Source: Candidatus Heimdallarchaeota archaeon (lineage in GTDB: Archaea; Asgardarchaeota; Heimdallarchaeia; Hodarchaeales; Hodarchaeaceae). Taken from it: a stretch of DNA of 39,032 nucleotides. The translations under genes were made by a program, and so were the position numbers. The notes under the pieces are model-generated. The model did no database searches. It saw nothing but the letters and a program-made list of their open reading frames with translations, and was not told the origin of the DNA. Numbering within the stretch: position 1 is the stretch's first letter; each line of letters begins with the position of its first letter. Shown one piece after another: positions 9,907-19,762 of the stretch. The stretch spans positions 3,888,008 through 3,927,039 of the forward strand of contig CP070695.1 in the NCBI GenBank assembly GCA_020353515.1, read 5' to 3'.

Positions 9907-10088
9907 TTAATTCAAATATCTGAGACAATGCACATTTTTATATAAGTCTACGAAATTTTTTCAGATGGTACCAAAAATAGGGAAAAAAAGTCCCCAAATT
10001 TATCCCCTGTAAATTCAACTATTATTATATTTGTCATTAATATCAATAGAGGCTATGGTAACTCTTATAATTTCAACCTAGACAAAAA

Positions 10089-10310
10089 ATGGGATTTAAG
10101 GTTATTGTGAACGATATATGTAAAACAGAAAATCGAACTTGGTATACTGAAAGCAGAGGAGTATGTCATGGATGTGGCAGCCACTGTCAGTATATCGGTA
10201 CACCTCATAATGAATTTAATGGCTTAACGCATGAATGTTGTATTTGTCATGATTACTATAATGGAGACATGTGTTATGCATGTAAAGAGCGGTTAAGTAG
10301 ACAGCGATAA
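10089..10310 (+). CDS. Small Cys/His-rich putative zinc-finger protein
   Basis: CHGC..HC, HECCICH and CYAC in 73 aa. Confidence 0.6.
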   Translation: MGFKVIVNDICKTENRTWYTESRGVCHGCGSHCQYIGTPHNEFNGLTHECCICHDYYNGDMCYACKERLSRQR

Positions 10311-10454
10311 GATACGATACAGTGAGTTTAATGACAGGTGAATCCTCAGGTGAATGAATAGCATAATGAAGTCCATAATAACAATATTCTTCAATTTCTA
10401 TGATTCTATGTTTCATATGGTAGATTGAACCGAGTTTTGAGATTGAGATGGGAA

Positions 10455-10748
10455 ATGACTGGCAAAATCAAGATTATGTTCCATGCAACCTTCAGGGAAG
10501 TTACTGGGAATAAAGAAATTGAAGAAAAGCTTGATAAAGATCGGACGGTACAATTTTTTTTGAATAAATTGCAAAAAACTTATGGAAAAGATTTCAATGG
10601 TGTAATTGATGCAAGTACAGGCAAAATTTCTACTGAAGTTCTTGTTCTGATTAATGGAAGAGCTATTAGAAAGACAGATATAGTATTAAAAGATAATGAT
10701 GTACTCCTAATTACGTTACCACTTGGAGGTGGATGGGGGGAGAATTAA
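10455..10748 (+). CDS. moaD: MoaD/ThiS/SAMP ubiquitin-like sulfur carrier with C-terminal extension (GGG-WGEN)
   Basis: Beta-grasp pattern IKIMFHATFREVTG..VLINGR..LKDNDVL..PLGGG; near AOR; likely start ATG 10455. Confidence 0.82.
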   Translation: MTGKIKIMFHATFREVTGNKEIEEKLDKDRTVQFFLNKLQKTYGKDFNGVIDASTGKISTEVLVLINGRAIRKTDIVLKDNDVLLITLPLGGGWGEN

Positions 10749-10791
10749 TAAAAATAAGTGAGAAATCTTTAGATCTTAATGGTGATAGGAT

Positions 10792-13700
10792 TTGGAGCAC
10801 AAAAAAATATTCACTGTTTTATTGCTAGAATTATTGTTATTAGTAAGCTTTCTCTCAATCTGTCCAACATATTACCAAGCTCCAGTTAATCATAACTATG
10901 AACTATCGGAGGTCGAAATTAATACAAATGAGTTTTCTGTAGCTGGAGTAGATAATTCAAGCAATTTAGTAAGTAATATTAGTGTTATAATCCAATTTTC
11001 GGGGGAATTCCTTTCTTCTGGAATGATAAATACTGATTTCTCCTCCAGATTCCTTTATAATAAACTTTCTCAACTTTACAATGAAATGGAAGAGTCTGGT
11101 CTTCCAATTAGTCTGAGAATTGTGAGAACATTTCCAAATCTCTTGGGAGGGGTTTCTGCTATAGTCAATCCCACAACATATTCATGGTTACAAAACAGAA
11201 AAGACATATCTGTTTGGGAAGATGGACCAGTTCAAGTATTAGAAATAGGAGGAGATATTTATCAGCAATCAAATCAACCGTCAACTGCTGTTTGTTCTTT
11301 ATGGAATTTAAAGGATTTAAGAGGTCAAAATATTACAGGAAAAGGATTAACAATCGCAATTATAGATACTGGGGTTGATTATTCACATCCAGACCTAGGT
11401 GGTGGTCTTGGTCCAATTTTTCGTGTGAAAGGAGGGTATGATTTTGTAAATGACGACCCAGATCCAAGGGATGACAATGGCCATGGAACTCACGTTGCTG
11501 GGATTGTAGGGGCGAATGGTTCAATCATGGGAGTCGCCCCAGAGGTGAGTTTTCTCGCGTATAAAGCCTTTGATGAGTTTGGTTGTGGAAATATTAGTAA
11601 TATTATTAGTGCAGTTGAACAAGCAGTCCTTGATATGGCTGACATTCTAGTTCTTAGCTTCGGAAAAAGAGCTGATTTAAATTCCCCAGTTTCCCAGGTC
11701 TGTGAGCGGGCGTTTAAAAAAGGCTTACTTATCATCGCAGCTGCGGGAAATGATGGGCCCGAGACAATGACTTTATACAGACCTGGGGTGGCTAAAAACG
11801 TCATATCAGTCGGGGCAGCAAACTCAAATGGACAGGTAGCAGATTTCAGTTCACGGGGCCCACACCAATATTCATGGTTTGATTGGTATGGCCCTCAACA
11901 TTCTCAAGTTTCCTCAGATATTAAACCAGATATCTTGGGATTAGGAATCGACGTCAATAGTACGGATCTTAGGAGTGGTTATACTGTTCGTAGTGGTACT
12001 TCAATGGCCTGTCCGTATGTTGCTGGTATTGCTGCGCTCATAATGCAATATCAAAACACCTCCGCTGAGGAGACTCGTACTCGTCTTTTGACAACAGCAG
12101 ATGATAAGGATTATGAAGTTTTCACACAAGGATCTGGATATGTTAATGCGACTCGTGCAGTGATTGAAACAACTAGCCTTTCCTCGGGGAGAATTGATCT
12201 TACAGTTTTATCGAATTCATCAATGGGTACATTTGATGTAATAGGATTAACAAATGAATGTATAAACGTCACATTAAATTTGGAAGCATTTATAACCCAC
12301 GATCTTAACGGTATTCCTTTAGGGTCAGCAACCAATATTACTAACTATTTTATTTTAAGTTTATCAGATTTTATATTGAATAAAAATGAAAGCCAGCAAG
12401 TACAATTGACTACAATGATTCCTTCGTCATTCACTTCAGGTATTGTGACTGGACGGGTTTCTCTCCACTCTAATAGATCAAATTGGTTAAATATTTTATT
12501 CTCTGGGAAGTTAATCCATATTACTCTTAGAGAGGGAGGAGATCAAAATCTTGAGAGCAATCAACCTGTTTCCGATACCATAACTTCTGGAGCCGTACGC
12601 TACTATTACTTTCAACGGTTAGCAAGAAGCTATTCTACATTTAGTGTTCGAATTAATGAGGGAAACCTTCCAGTAGTTGAAATTTATAGAAATTCGACTC
12701 AAAGCGCAGTTAAAACCATTCACTCACCTTCTAAAGGTTACTGTGTCTACTTTCTTTCTTATTCCCAAGTTCCTCCTCCTTTTGATCAAATTGAAATAAT
12801 ACAAATTCAAGTTACAACTTCAGAACAAACCCAAGATATCATAGTAGAAGCAGCATACACTCAGGAGCTTGAATTTTGGGAACGTGAACTTAATCGATGG
12901 AGTATAACTGCTTTCGACTTTATACCATATCAGATGATTTACACAAAGCAGATAGGCGATGAAGGACCGAAATCCCCTTTGAACATCACGCTCACTTGGT
13001 CAGGAGATGCTGATTTAGACATAATACTTTGTGATGGAGATTTTCGATCTGAATCATTCTGGAGTAATCAATCATTGTTAAATCGAGAAATCTTAGTTAT
13101 GTCAGAAGATCTTGATCAAGAATATATCATCATTGTTAATGCTAACGGGAAAGCAGCAGAAGCAATACTTACAATCACAGGAACCCATGCTGACATGTCG
13201 TGGCATGTCCATTGCCGTCTTCGGCCTTATGATTTCGCTGCGGGTGATTCATTAATCTTTTATATGGAATTTACCGCGAGGTGGGGTTACACCTCGGCAA
13301 CATTACACTATCGGGTAAATAATGGAGAGGAAAAGACTAAATCAAAAGGATTTTTCTTAACTACTGCACCTGGTGGAGAAATACAGATTTTCGATTCAAT
13401 CATAGGTCCTTTTGAAAAAGGAGATCAAATTAGGTATTGGTTTAGTGTTTTGGATGCGAATGGAAATCTCGCAAATTCTCCGACTGAAACAATTCATATG
13501 GAGTGGAGTACAAGAGATTATGCCCTGACATTAAAACAACAAGTAAATTTAACAGGAAGCCCTTATGCTCTTGAACTTGGGGATTTACAGGAGGATGGAA
13601 TTACAGATATGGTGATTGGTAATGGAAATGAATTATTAGTGTATTCATTCACTCAGAATTCACCTGTTTTAGTTGAAAACATTAGCGGAAATAATTTGAT

Positions 13701-15039
13701 CTATGATATTTTAATCGATGATTTATTAGGGAGTAGTAGCCCTGAAGTGATTGTTTGGGAAAAAGGCTATTCTATCTCGATTTGGACTTGGAATTATGGT
13801 ACAAATTCTCTTGATATTGTAGAAGAAGTCAATAGACTGAGTACGACTGATTCTTTTGTAACTAATATTGCCATTGGGGATGTGGATAACGATCAGGCTA
13901 AAGAAATTATCGTAGGCGGTGGTTCTCAAACAATGGGTCAAATTCATATAATTGGGTATAATCAGGGTAACTGGGGGGTCGAAACGAATTTAACCGTCCC
14001 CTATACAACATTTGATGTCGAAACTGAAGACACAAATAGAAATAGTAACCTTGAAATAATTGCTGCGGTTCGATATCATGGTACTTATGTATTTGAGTGG
14101 TCTGGGGATGATTATGCCTTGTATTCCGTAATCAATCAGACTCATATGCCGTCAGCTATTCTTTTTGATGATTTTGACCAAGATGGAACAGATGAGTTGA
14201 TTGTTGGACAAAGCTCTTTTCCTAGAGGCCTTTACTCAATTATTTTTGATGAAGAAACCTATGTTACTGAAAGTAATTACGATGGAGCTAATCCACATCA
14301 TTCAGTTAGCGGTTTAACCTCAGGCGACATTGATAATGATGGATGGATTGAGTTAATTACCCATGTATGGGATGATCAGTTAATCTCATTTATTGGATAT
14401 CATGATAATCGATTCATCATTGAGTCCACATTAGTTATTCCAGAGTGTTTCGCACTTTGGGATGCTTCTGTGGTGGATATCGATTATGATGGGCGAAACG
14501 AGTTACTTTTAGCTGTGGATTCACGGGCAGGGATTGCTAGTAAAATCATGATCATGGAAATTAAGGACATTTTCCCCCCATCAATTACTTCTCCATCTGA
14601 TATAATAAGGGAGGAGGAGCGTCCCTGGGAAATAGAATGGAATATAGATGAAGCCTTTCCCTTAAATTATATAATCTTTCGAAATGGATCAGTTCAAGCT
14701 TCAGGAGACTTGAACGGGTCAATTTTAAAGTGTTCCGAGCCTGGATTGCCAATTGGGACCTATAATTTCACTATTGTAGTATCAGATCAATCAAATAATT
14801 CAGCGTCAGATTCAGTACTAGTAACAATAACTGAAGCGTCCCCTTCTCCCACAACAAGTTTTACTTCCACTACTTCTCCTTTTAGTACGTCTCCTTTCAG
14901 TACTTCTAGAACAAAACTTAGTTCCCAATTGAGTTCACCAACAATACGAATTACAACAGCGACGGGAGTACCTGGAGTTATTCTAATCTTATCAGTAGTA
15001 ATAACAATGAATCACAGAAAAAAGAATCATAGAAAATGA
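10792..15039 (+). CDS. Large membrane-anchored S8 subtilase with PPC-like, FG-GAP repeat and Ig-like domains
   Basis: Triad IAIIDTGVD / HGTHVAG / SGTSMACP; AAAGN oxyanion Asn; LTWSGDADLDI (PPC-like); repeated GDVDND/DFDQDG/GDIDNDG; Ser/Thr linker, TM, basic tail; GGTGAT SD before TTG. Confidence 0.92.
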   Translation: MEHKKIFTVLLLELLLLVSFLSICPTYYQAPVNHNYELSEVEINTNEFSVAGVDNSSNLVSNISVIIQFSGEFLSSGMINTDFSSRFLYNKLSQLYNEMEESGLPISLRIVRTFPNLLGGVSAIVNPTTYSWLQNRKDISVWEDGPVQVLEIGGDIYQQSNQPSTAVCSLWNLKDLRGQNITGKGLTIAIIDTGVDYSHPDLGGGLGPIFRVKGGYDFVNDDPDPRDDNGHGTHVAGIVGANGSIMGVAPEVSFLAYKAFDEFGCGNISNIISAVEQAVLDMADILVLSFGKRADLNSPVSQVCERAFKKGLLIIAAAGNDGPETMTLYRPGVAKNVISVGAANSNGQVADFSSRGPHQYSWFDWYGPQHSQVSSDIKPDILGLGIDVNSTDLRSGYTVRSGTSMACPYVAGIAALIMQYQNTSAEETRTRLLTTADDKDYEVFTQGSGYVNATRAVIETTSLSSGRIDLTVLSNSSMGTFDVIGLTNECINVTLNLEAFITHDLNGIPLGSATNITNYFILSLSDFILNKNESQQVQLTTMIPSSFTSGIVTGRVSLHSNRSNWLNILFSGKLIHITLREGGDQNLESNQPVSDTITSGAVRYYYFQRLARSYSTFSVRINEGNLPVVEIYRNSTQSAVKTIHSPSKGYCVYFLSYSQVPPPFDQIEIIQIQVTTSEQTQDIIVEAAYTQELEFWERELNRWSITAFDFIPYQMIYTKQIGDEGPKSPLNITLTWSGDADLDIILCDGDFRSESFWSNQSLLNREILVMSEDLDQEYIIIVNANGKAAEAILTITGTHADMSWHVHCRLRPYDFAAGDSLIFYMEFTARWGYTSATLHYRVNNGEEKTKSKGFFLTTAPGGEIQIFDSIIGPFEKGDQIRYWFSVLDANGNLANSPTETIHMEWSTRDYALTLKQQVNLTGSPYALELGDLQEDGITDMVIGNGNELLVYSFTQNSPVLVENISGNNLIYDILIDDLLGSSSPEVIVWEKGYSISIWTWNYGTNSLDIVEEVNRLSTTDSFVTNIAIGDVDNDQAKEIIVGGGSQTMGQIHIIGYNQGNWGVETNLTVPYTTFDVETEDTNRNSNLEIIAAVRYHGTYVFEWSGDDYALYSVINQTHMPSAILFDDFDQDGTDELIVGQSSFPRGLYSIIFDEETYVTESNYDGANPHHSVSGLTSGDIDNDGWIELITHVWDDQLISFIGYHDNRFIIESTLVIPECFALWDASVVDIDYDGRNELLLAVDSRAGIASKIMIMEIKDIFPPSITSPSDIIREEERPWEIEWNIDEAFPLNYIIFRNGSVQASGDLNGSILKCSEPGLPIGTYNFTIVVSDQSNNSASDSVLVTITEASPSPTTSFTSTTSPFSTSPFSTSRTKLSSQLSSPTIRITTATGVPGVILILSVVITMNHRKKNHRK

Positions 15040-15060
15040 TTGGATCAGGTTTGAATTGAA

Positions 15061-15204
15061 ATGAATGAAGTCAGATGTTTAAACTGTTTGAAACGATTTG
15101 AAGTCCAACCAAAGGCTGAAGAAGCAGCTTGTCCAAATTGTGAAACCCAGTATAGAATCTCTTGGCCAAGACCAGACCAACCTAAGATTCGCGGATCAAT
15201 TTAG
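15061..15204 (+). CDS. 47-aa zinc-ribbon protein (not in ORF track)
   Basis: Manual translation MNEVRCLNCLKRFEVQPKAEEAACPNCETQYRISWPRPDQPKIRGSI*; two CxxC pairs; ends just before the AOR SD. Confidence 0.75.
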   Translation: MNEVRCLNCLKRFEVQPKAEEAACPNCETQYRISWPRPDQPKIRGSI

Positions 15205-15223
15205 AGAACTCGAGGTGATATTT

Positions 15224-17110
15224 ATGGTTTGGAAAAGAAATATTGCCTACATTGATTTATCTAAAAGGAAAATAACTAAGAAAATAGTTCCAAAGTCACT
15301 TCGGCAACAGTACCTTGGGGGTCGTGGAATCAATGCCTATCACTTATATAATCATATTGCACCTCAAATTAACCCACTAGGCCCTGATAATGCGCTACTC
15401 ATAGGGACAGGATTGCTTACTGGAATTCCAGCTCTTGGTGCTGGCAGATGTGACATTGCAGCAAAATCACCCTTGACGGGGGCGGTGGGGGATTCCAATA
15501 TAGGGGGTTTTTTCGCTCCTGAGATGAGGTTGGCTGGATTTGACCATTTAGTTATAACAGGAGTAGCTGATAATCCTGTTTACTTATGGATACATGATGG
15601 GGAGGTAGAAATCGTTGACGCGACCCATTATTGGGGGAATGATACTTTTGAGACCCAAACCCAGATTCGAGCTGATCATAATGATGAAGAAATCAAGAGT
15701 TTGGTTATCGGAGTCGCCGGTGAAAAGCTCGTCCGCTATGCTAATATAAGAACCGGAATGAAAAATGCAGCAGGCAGGACAGGGATGGGGTGTGTAATGG
15801 GTTCTAAGAACTTGAAAGCAATTGCTACCCGTGGAACAATGGATATAGAGTTTGTATATCCAGAAGAGCTGTTGGAATATTGTTCAGAAATGAATAATAT
15901 GATTACTAGTTCACGATGGGCAAGAGCACAATCAAAATGGGGAACTCTTATTATTTACAGCAACACAAACACTACAGGATTAATCCGTACTAGAAACTTC
16001 CAGAAGAACCTGTTAGAAGGAGGGGAAGACTTGGAACCTGAGAACATGGATCGCTACAGTTTTGGAATGTCTGGCTGTTACGGATGTAGTGTTCATTGTC
16101 GTCACCGTTATGTGCTGGAAGAAGGGCCTCATGCTCATTTTGGTGAAGGACCTGAATATACTTCCTTGGGTGCATTTGGAACAATGGTTGACTGTAAAAA
16201 AATGGATACAGTTTTGGCAGCTAATCACCTAGTAAATAAGTATGGAATAGACACGCTTGAGGTTGGAGGGATCATAGCTTGGGCAATGGAACTTTGGGAG
16301 AAAGGAATACTGAATGAAGGGATGACCGATGGATTACAACTCGAATGGGGAAATGAGGAAGTTCTATTCGAGCTTATACGCAAAATATCTTATCGTGAAG
16401 GCTTCGGTGATATACTTGCTGATGGATTCAACCCCGCAATAGCAAAAATAGGTAAAGGATCAGAATATTATGCGATGCAAATTAAAGGGATGAGTAATCT
16501 TCACTCTGACGAACGCCCAACCCCTAGTTTGGCATTGAACATTGCCACAGCCACAAGAGGAGCCGATCACCTTAGAAGTCGACCAGCTATAGACCTTTAT
16601 GGATTACCTGAAGAGCTATTAGAGGAGATCTATGGTGGTCCTGTTTCATCAGATTATACTTCTTATAAGGGGAAAAGCCGGGAAGTTTGGTGGCAAGAAC
16701 TTCTTTATGCAGTCACAGATTCAATTGGGATATGCAAATTTCAAACGGTATTTTGTGCTGTACATGCTCCAAAATGGGACGAATTCTCTAAACTAATTTA
16801 TCTCACCTCAGGAATGGATCTAAAAAAACCTCAACTCATGGAGATTGGGGAGCGAATAGCTACTATCGAACGACTCTTCAACATTAGAGAGGGTTTTTCA
16901 AGAAAAGATGACAACCTACCAGAACGTTTCTTTAAAGAACCTACTCCCCTTGGATTTCCAATTGTTAGAGGAAAACAAATTGACAGAGGGAAATTCCAAG
17001 ACATGTTGGAGGAGTATTATAGTCTTCATAAATGGGATAACAACGGGGTTCCCACCACTCAAACTTTACAAAAACTCGGATTGGAGAAACAACGATCACA
17101 GAACACTTGA
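15224..17110 (+). CDS. aor: Tungsten-containing aldehyde:ferredoxin oxidoreductase family protein
   Basis: YLGGRG, AKSPLTG, AAGRTGMGCVMGSKNLKAI, CYGCSVHC, GPEY, DSIGICKF, ERLFNIREG; GAGGTGA SD places start at 15224 rather than 15098. Confidence 0.93.
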   Translation: MVWKRNIAYIDLSKRKITKKIVPKSLRQQYLGGRGINAYHLYNHIAPQINPLGPDNALLIGTGLLTGIPALGAGRCDIAAKSPLTGAVGDSNIGGFFAPEMRLAGFDHLVITGVADNPVYLWIHDGEVEIVDATHYWGNDTFETQTQIRADHNDEEIKSLVIGVAGEKLVRYANIRTGMKNAAGRTGMGCVMGSKNLKAIATRGTMDIEFVYPEELLEYCSEMNNMITSSRWARAQSKWGTLIIYSNTNTTGLIRTRNFQKNLLEGGEDLEPENMDRYSFGMSGCYGCSVHCRHRYVLEEGPHAHFGEGPEYTSLGAFGTMVDCKKMDTVLAANHLVNKYGIDTLEVGGIIAWAMELWEKGILNEGMTDGLQLEWGNEEVLFELIRKISYREGFGDILADGFNPAIAKIGKGSEYYAMQIKGMSNLHSDERPTPSLALNIATATRGADHLRSRPAIDLYGLPEELLEEIYGGPVSSDYTSYKGKSREVWWQELLYAVTDSIGICKFQTVFCAVHAPKWDEFSKLIYLTSGMDLKKPQLMEIGERIATIERLFNIREGFSRKDDNLPERFFKEPTPLGFPIVRGKQIDRGKFQDMLEEYYSLHKWDNNGVPTTQTLQKLGLEKQRSQNT

Positions 17111-17126
17111 AATGGAGAAATATGTT

Positions 17127-17600
17127 ATGCAAAAAATTCTATTCGTTGAATCTGAAAATTGTACGGGATGTCGGATCTGTGAAACAGTTTGCTCTCTCTA
17201 TCAAGAAAAGGTCGTCAATCCAACACGAGCAAGAATCCAGATTATTAAGTGGGATCATAAAGGAATATATGTCCCAATGATTTGCCTTCAATGTGAGACT
17301 GCTCCTTGTGTAACAGTTTGTCCCATGAATGCTATTTATGAAGACAAAAATACTGGAGCAAAGGTTATTGATTATGATTTATGTGTAGGATGCAAATTAT
17401 GTGTCACTTTTTGTCCTTTTGGAGGAGCAGGAATAGATATTGAAGGAAAAGTCATCAAATGTGATTTGTGTAAAGGAGATCCTCAATGTTCAAAGAATTG
17501 CGAACCAAAAGCTTTACAATTCATTGAGGCAACAGCAATCAACTTAAAAAAACGAAGACTGGCAGCGGAAAATTTATCTGAGTTAATGAAGAAGATATAA
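17127..17600 (+). CDS. 4x[4Fe-4S] electron-transfer subunit (DmsB/HydN-like) of AOR
   Basis: CTGCRICETVC, CLQCETAPCVTVCP, CVGCKLCVTFCP, KCDLC..PQCSKNC; GGAG upstream of ATG 17127 (alternative 17112). Confidence 0.9.
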   Translation: MQKILFVESENCTGCRICETVCSLYQEKVVNPTRARIQIIKWDHKGIYVPMICLQCETAPCVTVCPMNAIYEDKNTGAKVIDYDLCVGCKLCVTFCPFGGAGIDIEGKVIKCDLCKGDPQCSKNCEPKALQFIEATAINLKKRRLAAENLSELMKKI

Positions 17601-17608
17601 TCAGTCAC

Positions 17609-19636
17609 TTAGGCATACACCAACAAAATTTTGCCAGAAATAAGAAAAACCATAAGTATGCTGTTAAAAACTGTTGAACTCAAGAAATTACCTGTTTTAT
17701 TAAAGATTACTGCTGAAAAGACCCCTAAAACGCAAAATATACCAATACATATGCTGTATAAAATGAGGATAATAATTGGTTGATAAAAAAGAAGCTCAGA
17801 TAAGGTAATGCAAAGACTAGTTCCATAACCTATTCCTATGCAACTTCCACTAAATAAAGCTGATTTTCCAATCGACATCCACTTCTCATTATGTTTCTGG
17901 ATTTTTGTCTGATAGAGGCCCCGAAATAACAATTCTATCTCGAAATTAAAGAATAATAAGATTCCGAGTACTAGAATAAAGTCAAGATAAATGTCAAGTT
18001 CTATTGGTCGTGGGAATAGAAGAGGAACCTGGAAAATCAAAGCAGCTGTGTTAAACAATAGTATCCATAAACTAATCGTTATTAAAGGAGTAGTAATACA
18101 CCTCAGATTATTTTTAAATGATGAACTGAGGCCAATATCATCATAATGATATTTATAGCGTTTTCTTTCAAAAAAAATCACAAGAGATACTGGAATCAGT
18201 AGGAATAAGGCAGAAGTGAGGAGTTTTGGAATTATGAGTAGGTCAAACATCCAAAAATGAGTTAGAGAATTAATCGAGATCAATCCTGAAAACGATACAA
18301 ATAATGTAGAAATGGTGATATAAACAGCATACAGGCGCTTTTTATCTTTATAATTGAGATCTGGAGCTATTTCTGCAAGTGGAGACCTTGCTCCTATTCT
18401 AGAATCAGAAATGTTTGTGAAAGTTGGAAGTAACGCAGAAAGAGATCCAACTAATGTTAATAACCATCCCCCCATCTTTAGAAAATATGGCAATTGAAAA
18501 AATTTAGGGATTTCGGGGGATATACTCCTACAATTCATCGAATAATTAAACCAATGAGTAGTATTTTGCACAACGTCTAAGCTAATAGCTTCTTCAAAAT
18601 GACTCGTATCGGGGATTAAAACTAATCTCCTGGCACTATTATTATCGATATTTCCGAAGTTCCAAGTATGGTTACTCGATGTATGAATCGTATCACTAAT
18701 TACGTTCCACGGTACTTGTGGAAGGCCAGTGATGTCTATTGTTGCATTTGCCATAATATGACACTCTGCGTCAATTGTTGCTGGATGTTCATCACCCCCA
18801 ATAATCAAACAATAGTTCTTTATATTTGAAACATTAATATAATTTGAAACTGAACGGATCCTGAACTCCTCCTCAATGATAGTAGGATCATGGTTGGATA
18901 ACCATCTCCATTGAGTTAACATCTTTTCAATAGTAGGATGAGTCCATACCTGTGAAATTCCAAAGCTCTCCATGACTCCTTCAGCCATTCTACTAGCATC
19001 ATCCCAGCAGAAAATAGCACAACAAGCTTTAATACGACCAGTTCCAATCTTATTACCACTCTTCGGATTGATCCAGTCATCAAAAATCCCTGCTCGTGTT
19101 GCTGCGATGCCTCCCATACTATGACCAGAAACACCGATTCTAGTGACATCTATCAGGTTTTTGTAAGCAGAATCATTGATGAGCCACTCAATGGTTGAAT
19201 ATACACCCAATAGAGTTTCTAATCCCATATCAAAATAACCACCAGACCACCCGTGCCCAGGTTGATCAATAGCGATTGTAAAGAATCCTGCTTTCGCAAA
19301 TTGACGAGGATAATTCATTTGTATATCGGAACTAACACCAAATCCATGCATCCAAATTATAACAGGGTATCCTTCTACTGGTTGCTCTTTTTTCGGTTTA
19401 ATTGCATATCCAGCTACCCGATAATTCTCTATAAGTTTATTCTTAGCATCTTCTTGAGGAGTGACATCTGTTCTGTTAAAAAAACTGTTTAACTCATTCG
19501 AATATCTATGATAAGTATTGAATGAAATACGGGTTGGTAAATTTTCATCAGGAGTGAATGTTCCTATAACCATCAATGTGAGGCCTAAACAAAAAACAAT
19601 TGTCGAAGCTACGAGCACCTTGCGTATTGTTCTCAC
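17609..19636 (-). CDS. Alpha/beta hydrolase fused to a multi-TM C-terminal domain (degenerate CPBP/Abi-like)
   Basis: N-terminal TM, HGFG, DQPGHGWSGG, GHSMGG nucleophile elbow, likely catalytic His (TSHFEE); ~8 C-terminal TMs with EIELLFRG. Confidence 0.8.
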   Translation of the reverse strand: MRTIRKVLVASTIVFCLGLTLMVIGTFTPDENLPTRISFNTYHRYSNELNSFFNRTDVTPQEDAKNKLIENYRVAGYAIKPKKEQPVEGYPVIIWMHGFGVSSDIQMNYPRQFAKAGFFTIAIDQPGHGWSGGYFDMGLETLLGVYSTIEWLINDSAYKNLIDVTRIGVSGHSMGGIAATRAGIFDDWINPKSGNKIGTGRIKACCAIFCWDDASRMAEGVMESFGISQVWTHPTIEKMLTQWRWLSNHDPTIIEEEFRIRSVSNYINVSNIKNYCLIIGGDEHPATIDAECHIMANATIDITGLPQVPWNVISDTIHTSSNHTWNFGNIDNNSARRLVLIPDTSHFEEAISLDVVQNTTHWFNYSMNCRSISPEIPKFFQLPYFLKMGGWLLTLVGSLSALLPTFTNISDSRIGARSPLAEIAPDLNYKDKKRLYAVYITISTLFVSFSGLISINSLTHFWMFDLLIIPKLLTSALFLLIPVSLVIFFERKRYKYHYDDIGLSSSFKNNLRCITTPLITISLWILLFNTAALIFQVPLLFPRPIELDIYLDFILVLGILLFFNFEIELLFRGLYQTKIQKHNEKWMSIGKSALFSGSCIGIGYGTSLCITLSELLFYQPIIILILYSICIGIFCVLGVFSAVIFNKTGNFLSSTVFNSILMVFLISGKILLVYA

Positions 19637-19762
19637 CGTAATTTCATTTATCTAATATCAATAATGCCAGACTTTTCTTCATCATTTAAGAAAGGTGTTT
19701 TTAAAATATTATTTCAATTTTCCTTGCTAATATTAAACTTAATGGAAAATGATGGAATAATA

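Noticed and set aside
10216-10416. 66-aa minus-strand ORF
   Set aside because: Overlaps the Cys-rich gene antisense; no motif or SD support
14871-14906. 15-bp near-tandem repeat (TSPFS x2)
   Set aside because: Ordinary low-complexity Ser/Thr stalk of a surface protein
15098-15223. N-terminal extension of AOR in the ORF track
   Set aside because: Overlaps the Zn-ribbon microgene; strong GAGGTGA SD supports ATG 15224
16908-17126. N-terminal extension of the Fe-S protein
   Set aside because: Overlaps the AOR 3' end in another frame; homology begins at MQKIL
15224-17600. AOR + Fe-S subunit as class II benzoyl-CoA reductase BamBC, given dch/had nearby
   Set aside because: It retains the ordinary AOR GPEY motif and lacks the Cys-ligand segment I recall for BamB; it looks like a standard aldehyde oxidoreductase (phylogeny would settle it)
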